DNA of 64,000 nucleotides from Lingula anatina (GCA_051362555.1 CM120642.1:17236001-17300000), one strand, 5' to 3'. Shown: positions 24,706 to 38,028, numbered from the stretch's first letter. Made by a program: numbers and translations. Notes: a model not told the origin generated them from the letters alone.

Positions 24706-25431
24706 ATTACGTCCAAGCTGTTCAGTACTCATTTAAATCAATGGCCTTCTGTTTACATGACTGAAAGGTATAATGTATCCAATTGAAAATCGCTCATTGT
24801 TAAATCTGTCTGAATACCCAGACATTTAAATAATAAAACATCCGAAGTACCTGCACCTTGTGTCAATATTCCATTGTCAGAAAAAGATGGCGGTGTAAAA
24901 GATTCATGAGTCATTTAGAACTGAATTGTACAAAACATACCATTCTAGTGCAATAGGAGACAAACAGTGCTTTGTGAGAAGGCGAAAAATTACTTTTTTC
25001 TCAAGAAAAATTACATTTGGTTGAAACTTCCATATACATGTAGGATACCTTTAAAGCTTAATAACACGACATTAACTAGTTTCATACTGGTCAAAGACAA
25101 CTTGTAACTCAATAACCACCACAGACTCACATATAAGGCATGTAAAATCTGGAAATGCTCTTACTTTCGTACGGGATTCTATACTACTTCAGTTGGGGTA
25201 TTGGTTCACATATATATACTTTACCTATATCTGTCTATTTATATATGGTTTCATTGCTATGCTCAACTGCAGCAAGGTAAGGAAGGATGCTGGTGAGAAC
25301 CTGCTGTTAGTGACTGAAAATTGTCATATATTAATGACGGAAACTAATGAGATACAAAGTTACAAAACTGGGGACATAATATAACATCCCCCAAACTATG
25401 TAAGTGCCATAATATAAGAATAATATATAAA

Positions 25432-25467
<36 letters not shown>

Positions 25468-25617
25468 GTATGTTTGTAAGTATGAGTGTAACCAAGATTA
25501 ATTAAGAAAAATATGAGAAATCACAACAGCTATAAGGGCAAAAAGTTGGCACAAATGAAAATAAAAGGCCATAGTTTCCCACCCCAACAGACTTGATAAA
25601 TAGTTGCGGATCAGGAT

Positions 25618-25653
<36 letters not shown>

Positions 25654-25984
25654 GTGTCGGCTTTGCACCCGCGGACCCCTCCCCTAAAATAATCCTGGGT
25701 CCACCCCTGTAAAACGGACGACTCCTGTGGTTACTAGTACGGATAACAATTCTTTAATCTGAAAAGAGCCTTATCTTGATTAATATTTGATAACTCGATT
25801 TACCGTAGTCGCCTAATTTACTCAGCAACAATTATTCCCTGGTAAATAATACATTCAGCGAAAATAACCAGCAGGTGAATTGCACGACATTTGTTCGTCT
25901 GATTGACCCACTTAGGTAATTTTCAATAAAGGCTGAATTAGAACTACACGCCCCATTGTGTGTCGTTCATGTTGGTCGGTGTGA

Positions 25985-25994
25985 GCGCATGCGC
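25985..25994. promoter_or_regulatory. NRF1-type palindrome GCGCATGCGC in the BL1 proximal promoter (also 42543-42552 and 58487-58496)
   Basis: Perfect GCGCATGCGC 75 bp upstream of the ATG in all three paralogs. Confidence 0.5.
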
Positions 25995-26069
25995 AGTCCA
26001 AGTCATAGTTGACTGATTTATCAGGAAGACATTCGATCCGAGCAGAAAGGAAGAACAGTAAATAGCGCG

Positions 26070-29011
26070 ATGAAGTGTCTTTGGGCATTGATGCTAGTTT
26101 TCACAGGTATTATCTTCGTTCTCACGTCATCTTGTTTAAGACCCAGTATTGTGACTTGTAGGGGAGCTAATCAGATTGCATGATACTGCTCAGATTTAAA
26201 ATTTGTGACAGTTTGATCTGCGACAAAGTGATCGCACAGTTATTGTAGAGTAGCTGACATCGGTCAGTTTTTTCTCGATAAAGTCACACACTTTAGTCTT
26301 TGATAAAAGGTATGAGTATCTAAAATTGTTTTCCTGGAAATTTCAACATTTCTCTCTAAATCGGGAAGATATTTATATCGGACACCATTGACAAAATTAT
26401 TTAAAATATTTTTCTCTTATTATTCTTATTGTTTTAATAGATACTTAGAAATAACGTTTCATACTTGGTATTGCTTAATCGTATCATTTTAAAAATACAC
26501 CGTGAAAACATTTCTCGTGGTCTCTAGATAAGATGATAATACAAAGTCATTCTTGACCAAATAAAGAAATTCACACACTTGTAGGGGTCTTGATCATGTG
26601 AATAGTAATTTCGCGCAAAGCAAGCTCCCCAATTCTAACATAAGCCTCAAGGAAAATAGGACCATTGGCTCATCTACAGTGTAATGAGGACATATAATGA
26701 CGCTACCTGCAGACAAAGGAAAGGCCACAGTGGCAAGGGACACTAACACCTACAAACAAAAATTGCCGAAATGTTCCAATTTAACGCTTATTAGACCATA
26801 CTTTAGTTTCTACAGTAATAATAATAAAAAAAACTACTAGTAGGTGATGACTTTCACTACTTTACTAATTAGATATATATCTATTTGCATTACAGCTCCG
26901 TGCACCAGCGTGCAATGGTCCTCGAACGAAGAAACTGCATTAGACGCCTTGATAATGGACGTTCTGTCCTGCTTTAACATCCCAGGATTGTCGTTGGCTC
27001 TGGTGAAAAATGGACGTATCATTTTGGCGAAGGGCTACGGCGTAAAGGACGAATTAAGCCGCGAACCTGTTAAAAACACTACACTATTTGATATAGGCTC
27101 ATTGACAAAAGCATTCGCTGCTACTTTGCTATCGAAAGAATTATATGGAATGGGGTAAGAATGAAAGCGATTTGTTCGTAATTTGGTATATGTAAGTAGG
27201 CTTTAACTTCACATTATGTTCGTAGTACATTTTAGTAACATTGATTTCGGTTTGTGCAGGGCGAGTTATTTCAGGTACATGGAATTCGTTTATCAATCCT
27301 TCTGTTGTACAGAAATTGTTGGTGGTATTTTGCTGTAGCTTTTTTCCTAACATTTTGTATGTCATTCCTTCAAACTACATGTAGACTAAAGAAATCGGCT
27401 GCGATCGAAGACTTAGTGATAGATTGGTATTTCTTGCCTGAGGGCTGAAACCACTAACATATAGGACTTCTTTATTAAGATTTTCCCTCTGACTTCAAAA
27501 TTAATTATGAGCATCATTGTACAACAAATGCCATTTCTTTCCTCAGACTTCACTTAGACACACCGCTGACGTCAGTGGAAGGACTGCGCGATTTGAAATT
27601 TTCGATGGAAGAACTGACGTCACATGTCAGTGCTCGGGACCTTCTCAGTCACAGGACGGGCATTCTCAACTACGACAAGGCCCGACTGAATGGAGAGATA
27701 ACGTTAGACAACCTTGCTGAGTAAGTCAGAATAAGAGCAGTCCAGACATATAAACTTTATTCTGATAAGCTATCTGATATTATTTGTTTATTATTTATTT
27801 GTATGTTTGTACATTTTATGAGGGAAATGAGCATTCGATGAAACAAAAACAGAACCCTGAGGGGGTTAAGATTCTGAGTTTCAGGTTTAATTGACGCAAC
27901 ACGCTGTACTTATTAGAAGAATCTGGTTATCAGACGTACTTTTAAGATCTCTAAAGTTGGAAGTTATTTTAGTTATAAAACGTTCATTTGATATCTCAGT
28001 CATTTAGATAAATAGTCTACTCGTAATGTCTTTTAGTTAAAAATCGTTCATATGATATATAGATAAATAAATCATTTAGATAAATAGATAGTCTACATGT
28101 AATGAAGATACGCGTTATTCAGTGACTTGGGCAAATACCGGTACAATATTCAATACTTGTATAAATTTTAAAAATGCGCACTTGCTTTTTTTTAATCACA
28201 TCGGTTATTTATTCGTGTTTGTATGCTTTGTTTTTAGACACCTACCGGATTTCGAAGCAGGCTATCCTCTCAGAAGCAAATTCCTGTACAACAACCTCAT
28301 GTATGGCCTAGTTGGTCACGTGACACAACGTCTGACCGGGAAACGCTGGGCAGCTGCCGTGCAGGACGAGTTGTTGACACCATTACGCATGCTCAATACC
28401 GCCGTTCTCAACTCCACTAATTATGAACAATTTCATCTGCCGACACCCTACGATTTTCCTGATGACACACCTTATGAACCTCGACAAATATCCACTGATG
28501 TCTTGAAGTAAGTGCTCTTTGGTTTAAAGGTCATTTTCATTTTTTTTACATGAAATTCAGAAGAGGTCTTTCATTTGCGTACACATTATTGGCATGCAAT
28601 TTTTCTTATTTCACACGAATAAAACTCCTGATTATTTTTTTCTCTTCATTTTACAGATTATGGTCAATGAATCCCCCGTCAATGGCTATCGTTTCCGACG
28701 CAATAGACATGGGGAAATGGTTACTGTTTCAACTTAACAAGGGCAAGGCGGAGGGCGGCCTTCAAGTAGTTTCAAAGAAAGCTCTTGCAGAAGTTTACAG
28801 ACCAGTGATTCTATCATTTCATCCCCGCAACAAACTTACAGTCCGACCAACCACTCCAGTCACTTTGCTTTTTGAAGAATATGGCTGTGCTTGGAAAAGT
28901 GGCCATTACCGAGGTACAAGATTTTTAGCTGGCACTTTTCAGTCATTATAAGTGATGATGAATATTTTCCATTTAGTTTATTTAATTATGGCATTTATTT
29001 ATTTATAATAT

Positions 29012-29050
<39 letters not shown>

Positions 29051-32000
29051 TTGTGTTGATGAAGAAAGATATTAGAAGAATCCATTTTAATTTATTTGAT
29101 TATCATATCTATCAAGTCTCTCAAGTTTGCATAGTCCTCTTGAGATTTCTTATGCCCGTGAAAGTGTACTGATAACCTGGTGATGGCGTGTTAACCTGTT
29201 TACCTGATTGTACTCATCGAGAATTTTCCCACAGGATTGTGTCCATTCATGTAGACGGCTGTTTCACAATCAGGGGTACAAAATAGGGGTCACATTGAGA
29301 GAAAAATTAACTCTGATGCATTTGTTTAATTTTGTAACAGATAAAAAGAATAGCATCTTAACTTTTTAGAGCACAATATTTTAATTAAAATTACTTTTTG
29401 TGCTACGCTCAAATTAACAGAACGCCCCTTAGACTATGATCTGGGGGTACGGACACTACACATTCAAGTAACTGGTGCTTTTGTAACTGAAATATCATAT
29501 TGTTTACCAGTTATTTTTGCCAAAATTCTAAAAAATACCAAACTAAAGATATAACAGCAGTACTTTAACCAAAAGGATACAAGTACATGTATCAATCAAA
29601 TCAAGAGTTTTTTAGAGAAACACCACAGCACGTTTTTCAGTGGATGCTGGAGCTTGGTTGTGTGTCATTCAGTGTGACTTTCATTCACCAGACTTTAATT
29701 TTAACTTTTCTTTCTGTTGCTTGACCTTTATTTATTTATTTATTTATTTATTTATTTTTGTTTCAGTCTTGATTCCTGTTTTTGGAGTCTTTTCTTCTTT
29801 TTCATCTCGCGTTAATTTGCACCTCTTGTTCTACTGTTTTCAGGATTGTTGGGTTTCTGCTTCTCTCAACTCTCTGTCAGTATGCCCTAATTTCTCCTCT
29901 TTACTTTAGTCTTTCTTGTTGGGCCAGCCTTGGATGATTTTTCATTTTTTGCTTCTCTTCTATGTTATGTGCATTCAACGTATAACGTCTTCCTTACATG
30001 CTTCAGCAAGATTATCTTTACGGATATTAGCTCTTTAACGTCTTTTTTTTTCAAATCATTTTTTGCTGAAAGTAAAATTTTCAGGATCCCCTTTTCTTTT
30101 CCTATTTGGCTTTTTGTTTATTGTCATCCATATTTGATACTTCATTCACTGAGAGTATAATAAATGTACTGTTAATTATGCATGTATTAAAGTGTGCGTA
30201 CCGCCTCAAAATATATCATATACATTAATCCATAGAATATTAATCCATATGCAGTTTATTATTTTGCAATTAGCTATATTTGGCAATATATTCAAACCAA
30301 TATTGTTCATTTTGAATGCAAAGAGTAGCATCTTTACTGATATTATTTCTTTGCAAAATCTCTTGCCTGACTCTAATTAATCAGTATCACTTTATCGAAT
30401 ATGTATTTATATACAATGTTTTTTCTAAACATCACAAGACATGAATGCATTTTATATAATCTAAAATAATATTTTGTACCATATTTTGATGTTTTATCAT
30501 CATTGATAAGTAGCCAGTTATCCAGTGGTTAATGTATAACTTGGGGGTACGGACACTACAGTGGGGGTACGGACACTACATTTGGCACCAAATTCTTGCA
30601 TATCTTTTCATAATAAGGGGTTATGTGCTATTTTCTTCCTGCAAAATAAATGTCAGTGTAGACATTATATATATAGAATAATAAAATCAGACAGAATATG
30701 CTGTGATTCCTAAATAAAACAGATAGGGGGGGGGGGTAAGGACACTACAAAAATTAGGAGACACCAAGGGGCTCATGATTATAAATACCATTGCATTAAT
30801 AATAATGGTTACATATGCACAACTCCTTTATTATGTTTAAGTCATAACATGGTAAATACATCTTATTATCACGTAGGTGATTTCAAAGTAATATTTGGCC
30901 TTATCAAATATGTTTTTCATTGCATTAACAAAAATAAGTGAAATGTGTATCAAAGCCCGTTTCTGCAAAATGGTTAAAATATTTCTTTTTCTCAGAACAT
31001 ATCTTTGGATGAACCTGCTAGAAGAGAAGACAGATGTTGTGGGAATTATATACCAATTTCATATTCACCATAAATCACTGACATAAAGAGCTAGTGCATC
31101 ATCTTTATGACCTTAATTGCAAATGACCCACCGTAACAGCTAAAAATGGGTACTTTTTGAACACATAATTGGCTATATTTTGTAAATTGTAATCCGATTA
31201 TTATAATTCTTTTTTTATTTTGCTCCTATGAACAGTGTCTTTGATATTAGTCTATCAGCAATCTCCAATCATAAATTGTTAATTTATCAGACACTTGTAA
31301 CATTAACCACATTTAATTGTTCACCCTGATTGTGAAACAGCCGAGACCACTCGATGGTGTATATGGAAATTGGGTCTAAGACGCACGTAACAAATGGGTC
31401 CTAGAATTATATGAGACATACTTTGTCACCTAATTGTAATGGAGGCAGCATAGCATTCAATATTACCAAGAAGGAGACCTTTTCTAATAGAATCGTGACA
31501 TGTCATATATGGTAAAACGGTTACGGGTCAATATATATTTTCATTCTCATTCCTTGTTTTAGGATACCCCATAGTGGCACACACTGGGTCAACTCACGGA
31601 TTTTCTTCCATTCTCTCATTTATTCCATCAAAACAGAGTGGCATCTATTTGAATTTCAACGCAATGGACAGGCCTCACCTGCGAAGGCACGTCTTGATGG
31701 CGCACTTGTTGGACGTCGTTCTAGAGGAGAAACCGTGGCTTAACAGTTCCACTATTTGCACATTTCCCGCTCCATTCGCTCAGTGGCAACACATCCCCAA
31801 GTCTGGAGTGAACAAAACCCCGGGTACAGGAACAAGACCACTGAACAATTATGCTGGGCAATATCACCACCCTGTATTTGGCACCGTCACCGTGGCACAT
31901 AACGCCACAGAACCGTTTCTTCGCATGTTTTATGGACCGCTAGGACAGTGGGTGCTTCATCCAAATAAGTCTGATGAGTTTTATGGGGTGGGCGAGGGCG

Positions 32001-32233
32001 CCGTTTGGAACTTTGATCTTTGGGGTCTCAAGTTCAGTAGCCAAGACAAAAATAGTGGTGAAATTGATGTTTTTGTCATAACATCTTTTGAAGAGAGAAA
32101 ACCCCCAGTCTTCCTGAAGGTGACGGGAAAACAGACGACATCTGTTTCGGATGTAGGCTTTCTCTCTTACCTTATATTATTTTTGTTTACTTTACTGGCA
32201 AGATATAAGTTGAAAAAATTAATACGAACATAA
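26070..32233 (+). CDS. BL1: serine beta-lactamase / penicillin-binding-protein-like protein (class C / AmpC-like, Gigasin-6-like), signal peptide plus C-terminal hydrophobic anchor, about 555 aa
   Basis: Exons 26070-26106, 26896-27154, 27547-27720, 28238-28507, 28657-28913, 31563-32233 join in frame. Motifs FDIGSLTK (SxxK), RDLLSHRTG, FLYNNLMY (YxN), AHTGSTHGF (HTG), YAGQYHHPVFG (DUF3471-like), tail VGFLSYLILFLFTLLARYK. Confidence 0.9.
26610..26775 (+). mobile_element. Penelope-like retroelement fossil in BL1 intron 1 (also about 43190-43350 and 59135-59295)
   Basis: Frameshifted reading KLPNSNISLKE...NEDI.MTLPADKGKATVARDTNTYKQK matches the SNLS..E...PADKG..VV...Y..K block upstream of Penelope RT domains. 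Confidence 0.6.
29256..31343. mobile_element. 2.1-kb non-autonomous TIR DNA transposon in BL1 intron 5
   Basis: Perfect 20-bp TIR CGGCTGTTTCACAATCAGGG / CCCTGATTGTGAAACAGCCG; 3-bp TSD AGA; the empty site (TAGACCG) is visible in BL2 (about 46043) and BL3 (about 62019); internal GGGGGTACGGACACTACA repeats at about 29442, 30543, 30563 and 30732. Confidence 0.85.
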
Positions 32234-32424
32234 AATAGTTTAAAACATAATTATTTTTGTAGATAAATTGTAAGTGTATATATCTGGGCGGTAAGCTTAC
32301 GGCCTATAGGCTCACGATTTTCAAAATTTGTCAAAACGTATAGTTGATGTATAGCTTTGCGATTCGTACGATTTCCTAGGCTGCCGCCTGCATCCGCACA
32401 GACGTTGCACGAAAAGGGACTTAG

Positions 32425-32626
32425 GTTGCCAAATGTTAACAAGCTCATCGAAGCTCTGTTTTGCCCATGCTTCTGTCATATCTTGTGGCCTTTCTTTTTC
32501 TCTTTCGCCAATTTTTTTATCCATAGTATGGGGGATGCTCGTGCCATAACTTAATGGGATCTTGTTTTCATCATTCCCGAATTTGCAACTTTGTATCATT
32601 CGTTGAGCTTGTTAACATTTGGCAAC
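32425..32626. mobile_element. About 200-bp MITE downstream of the BL1 stop codon
   Basis: 28-bp inverted repeat GTTGCCAAATGTTAACAAGCTCA(T/A)CGAA with one mismatch. Confidence 0.7.
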
Positions 32627-32841
32627 ATAAAACAGCATTTATGGTGATAATTGTGTGGGAAATGGCATGTTTAAATTATAGGGGGTAGTCTAATTTATGC
32701 ACGTAAAAGAAACGGAGATAATACATATGCTATTTTGTAAGCGTTTATAACGTATCGAACTCCTTAAACGTAACCTTTTCATGATTTTCCACTCAAAAGG
32801 AATTCTCTTCTGGGAAAAAGCAAATCCCTTCCATTCCATAG

Positions 32842-33054
32842 GACGCCTTGATAATGGACGTTCTGTCCTGCTTTAACATCCCAGGGTTGTCGTTAACTCT
32901 GGTGAAAAATGGGCGTATTATTTTGGCGAAGGGCTACGGCGTAAAGGACGAATTCAGCCGCGAACCTGTTAAAAACACTTCACTGTTTGATATAGGCTCA
33001 TTGACAAAAGCATTCGCAGCTACTTTGCTATCGAAAGAATTACATGGAATGGGG
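32842..33054 (+). pseudogene. Orphan partial copy of beta-lactamase-like exon 2 (contains SxxK) followed by intron-2 sequence
   Basis: DALIMDVLSCFNIPGL...IGSLTKAFAATLLSKELHGMG|GTAAGA; 5'-truncated; no exons 3-6 follow before the sulfotransferase gene. Confidence 0.8.
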
Positions 33055-33534
33055 TAAGAATAAAAGCGATTTGTTCGTAATTAGGTATATGTAAGTACAC
33101 TATAACTTCACATTATATTCGTATAGAGCAGTATATTTTACTAACATTGATTTCGGTTTGTACCGGGCACGTTGTTGCATGTACATTAATTCGTTTGTCA
33201 ATCCCTCTGTTGAACATAAATTGTTGGTGGAATATTTTATGTTATATTTTTTCAAAACATTGTTCATGTCTCCTTTTTTATCTTCTTTAATATGCTTACG
33301 ATAAAACTGAACTGTAACAGTCGGCAATGTTAACCCAGTTATTTGATTATTGACTCGATACCTGAACACCACAAAGTTGCTGACCTGAGCTGTTATCAGC
33401 ACAAAGTTCAGGCAGATATAATGCTAGAGTACTGTAGTTCCAGACTTGATATGAATAAAAATTTACTAGCTGAAGGTTTTCCTCTTTATGGTTAATAGTG
33501 ATCTAGTTGTAATAACAACTTATCAGATCATCGA

Positions 33535-34228
33535 ATGATGGATCTTGGGAGCAAAGACAACATCGTTAAGGTAAATGTTTTTACTTATTAGTATTGACAT
33601 AAACATAGAGACTATATTTTTAAGTTCATGAACAGTATGTGTTTTGGGCTCTTGTATTTAAAAAGCCGCCAGACGTGATAAGCTTGTGATAAAAAATGTG
33701 CCACAATTGTAAAATTGCAAAAAGTATCATGCAGTGTTAGTGGCCACAATATATGTATTTTGTTTGGTGTTGGAATGCCTGATGGCGAGTTGTGAAAGCC
33801 CTTTTACTGAAATGAAAACTACTTCCCAGGTGTTTCACAAAAGTATTTAACAAGCGTCAGTTCAAGTTCCTTTGTTCATTTATGAATAAGAAATGATGCA
33901 GCTTCCAAAGCAAAAACATGAATCGGTGCAAGAAATTCTCATTCATAACCGTGACACATAACCATATTCCATGTCATGGGAGCATTCATGTACCAGATAT
34001 TGAGCATCCAGGTTATAATAATAATAATAATAATAATAATGATTTATTGAGCACATGAAATGAGTGTACATTTATAGGCTCTCTACACTACTAATTATAA
34101 TATACTTAAGTTTAAATACATGTACATAGTAATAATAAAGTTAAAGTATAATACCAGGTGTTATCTCAATTTGGATAGCTTCCGTTTTCTCATAGCACTG
34201 TTTATAAACTTTATGACTATGTTAAAAA

Positions 34229-34296
<68 letters not shown>

Positions 34297-37200
34297 AAGT
34301 ATGGTAAACGTTCGTGTTTATTTACTTGGTCAAATATCTGAAATAAGTGAAGAACAGATGAACCACCGAATGATGATGTTGAAGAAAACGCATCTATGCG
34401 TTTAGAAACATAAAAACGAATTGCTTTCAGGTCCCAGACGCCGAAGGCAATACAATAACCATGATAGAGCACGCTGGGTTTCATTGGCCCCTATTTCCCG
34501 GGTTATCACAGCGTCTAGAGGAAGACTTGGCCCAGTTCAAAGCTAGACCTGACGATACGTGGATTATCAATTGGCCTAAATCAGGTAGTGGGTGATATGA
34601 TATCTCATAACTTCGCAAATAAGACAGTGTTTGCATATGTGAAGAAAAGAGAAAAGTAAGGATTATTTGTTCTTTCGGTTATTAATATTTATTGCGCATG
34701 AGATATTTACTCATAACTTCCACACACACACACAAAAAGAAAAAAAAAAAGAAAAATGCATACATTTTAGAAAAACAATCCAATCCAGCTGGGCCTAAAA
34801 CTCGAACTGTCTTTTAGTCCTATGAATCACTTCTGTAAGTTTCAGAATAATAAGTAATGGTTTTCATGATTTGAAAGTGCACGGCGATGACGAAATGACG
34901 AACGCATGCGATGGAGATATTTCAAAACGCCTGTTTATAATGAGTTACTTATTAATAATGATTGTAGGAACATACTGGTGTTAACGCTATGGGAAACTAC
35001 ACAACATAAACACCGCGAGCAGTAAAAAAAAAAAAAAAAACACGCTAGCCACTTTCAATTTCCAAAAGCTGCGCTGGAGAATCCCAAGCTGATCTTTACG
35101 GTTAGACATTCCAAGGATGAGACAATGATAAGTGTGTATTGTTGGATGTAAGCTTATGCTAAGTGTGTGTACGGCTATTTGAAATAAACCATATATAAAA
35201 AATAACGTACATTGTATTATATTATGCATATAGGGACTCACTGGTGTTGGGAGATATGTTGTATGCTAGTCAGCGGTAAAGCCGAGCTGTTACAACAATC
35301 CAAGGTTACTGCAATGTACCCAGATTGTGCTGGGAATGCTGAAATAGAACCCATACCATCACCGCGGGTATTAAACACCCACGCAACCCCTGATAACTTC
35401 CCAAAAGAAGCGCTAGAGAAGTCCAAGCTGATCTATACAGTAAGACATCCCAAGGATGCGGTTGTGTCTTATTTTCACCACACAAAGGGGATAAAATTTT
35501 ACGACTACGAAAGAGGAACGTGGGCTGGGTTCCTGCCTGTCTTTCTTGAGGGGAAAAGTAAGTTTTGAGTTAATGTTTTCTGATTTAAGATTTTAAGAAT
35601 TGGATTAAAATAAATGAAATTATTGCATCCATAAAAATGTTTGACCTTGATTATATATTCAAATTCATAAATGGCTCACTGATAATTTGCCCTCCTAAAT
35701 CCTCATATTTGTTAAAGTTGGATATCGGACTTTCATGCACCTAAAAGCTTGTTGCAACTACTGGTTGTAAATTTTTTGTGTTGGTGTTTATTTGTAAATA
35801 ATGGGCAAATCTTTACCTTACGGTAATTAACTAGGTGGAAATCCTGTGAAATGCCTCTTCCACTGTCGATTAAACAAAGTTATGATCGTTGGAGTCATTT
35901 AGAAAGGACTACATAGTATCTTTTTCACACCTGAGTTACAAATTGTTTTATGTATTATCTATAATATTGTTATTTAGATGAATACGGAGACTGGATAAAC
36001 CATACAGAGTCTTGGTTGTCACTTTTGGACGGCAAACGCAACGCTCTTATTCTCAAATTTGAGGACTTGAAAAAGGTTCGTTTTTTTCTGTTCTTTTCCA
36101 CACTTCACCGAATTGTACAAGTAAATTCTATGTCTTGGCTCGTAAGTAAATGGCTAATTAAAGCAACAGTTATGGTAAATAATTGTGTTTATGGAAGAAA
36201 CAGCACGGCTATAGGGGGTAGCTTAAGTTAAGGGTGCCTGACGCTTATAAACTAAACACAGAGTGTAACAGATGACCGGGCAGTATTTAGGCACTCACAT
36301 GGCTTTAATCATTGTGAAACTAAGACATTGGAATACTAGCATTGGTGCAAGCCAGTCGGTTTTTAACTGCGATTGAGTGAAGTGATTATAGTCCAATTGA
36401 ACTGTTTTATCAGCTACACTCGAAGATCACTAACTTAAAATATTATTTCAATTTCATTTTTCATGACGATCCGTCTTTCTTCCTGGTGGCTGCAAGTTCA
36501 TATGGGCATTACTCATATATTTTTATTACTTTTGGATGATTAACTCCATGACAGAAAATCACCATTTATTAAAATGACAAAATGTAATATGATATGAAGT
36601 TACAAGATGGGGGATAGTTACAACATCAAATTAAATGATTACACATACATCCCCCATACAATGGAGCAAAAGGTTGGCAAAGAGCAAAACAATGGCCACA
36701 AGATGTGAGAGTTGCTCACATCCCCCCATTACTTACACGCGTAATAATTTAAGAAGTACACTTCATTATCGTAAAGTTATAATATATAGTCGCCAAACAT
36801 TTCAACTTTCTTATCATCAGACTTTACCCACGTTGCATATTTTTCTTCGGAATTTCAGGACTTAAGAAAAGAGGTTCAACATATTGCCGAGTTTCTTGAA
36901 GTATCGCGTTCAGACGAGTTTTATGACGATGTTACTCGTCTTTGTTCCTTTGACAGCATGAAGGAAGGGAAATTGTCTGGCAAAGATAGCGATGTATGGA
37001 GAGCAGAGTCTCCAGGAGTCTTCAGGAAAGGTTAGTGGGAACTGGTCTTGGCATTTTCAACAGTTGATCGAGACGAAATCTTTAGTCATTTTGGGGCTAC
37101 TCTTCAAATACTGAGACCGCTGGCTATATGTTGATTTTCACATAAATATTAGGGCGCTTACCTTGTTTTTCTTTCTAAAAATTAGCCGAGACTTCCAGGA

Positions 37201-38028
37201 AGTTGCATAAACTCCGTTTCAACTACTAAGATCGATTTATCAGCAAGTATTTACTATGTTTGTTGAATATTTTACAGTGAAAAACGTTTGTTTAAATACT
37301 TTTTGAGCGCTTAATGTCCCATGGCGGTCTTCCTATAGGATTGAAATTTTCAGCATTACTTTGTTTTTGAAATTTTATCAAAGTGAAACTATTCAGTTAA
37401 GTTGTGAAATTCGTTATGTTTTGCCTTATTTCATTGTCGAAGACATACCACGACCGAAAGATACCATGACTGTCAGTCTCGGCTCTGTTACAACAAAAAG
37501 TAAATAGTTAGTTTTCGGGTTGATATCTAGCCTTTAAAGATTTACCTGACTACACTGCGTCTCACAAAGAATCTTGAAGATCGCTTAAATCATTTATTTC
37601 TACCTAATAGTTAGTTCATTTCTAAATGTTCACAATCTAGGTTGTCATTAATTGTTTTGTACAGTTCTCAAAACCATCATGATTGGATGGAAACCAGACA
37701 ATTCCTACGCTTACTTTCGAAAGATACTATAACATAACTCTATTTAAATATTCTAAGTTCATTTCATATTGTAAGCAGTCTTGAAAACAATATTCCTAAC
37801 CTTATCCGTGGACTCTGACAGTTGCTTAAAACAAAAAAAAAAACAACTTTTTTCCAGTTGTTTGGAGTACAAATTATTAATTCTTTTTTTATTTTACTAT
37901 TTATAGGTGAGAGTGGAGATTGGAAACGTCACTTTACTGTTGCACAAAACGAAGAGTTCAACAGAAACTTTAACGAAAGGCTTAAAGACACTATCTACGC
38001 CAAGAAAATTGGTTACGAATTCCTGTAG
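33535..38028 (+). CDS. SULT copy 1: cytosolic PAPS-dependent sulfotransferase (SULT1-like), about 301 aa
   Basis: Exons 33535-33570, 34431-34584, 35234-35557, 35978-36075, 36859-37030, 37907-38028. Motifs WPKSGTHW (5'-PSB), RVLNTH (catalytic His), RHPKDAVVSYFH (3'-PB), FRKGESGDWKRHFT. Confidence 0.92.
34237..34291. repeat. (TA)n microsatellite in SULT copy 1 intron 1
   Basis: Uninterrupted TA run; shorter in the paralog at about 48956-48983. Confidence 0.9.

Noticed and set aside
25619-25652. Poly-G run as a functional G-quadruplex
   Set aside because: A homopolymer inside a decayed MITE (about 25601-25709); its length is unreliable and it is not conserved in the paralogs.
32251-32599. ORFs repeated at 46974-47322
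   Set aside because: Conserved only because of the recent segmental duplication; they overlap a MITE.
32842-34584. In-frame beta-lactamase/sulfotransferase fusion protein via the orphan exon
   Set aside because: The orphan exon ends in phase 2; joining it to the acceptors at 33527 or 34431 is out of frame.
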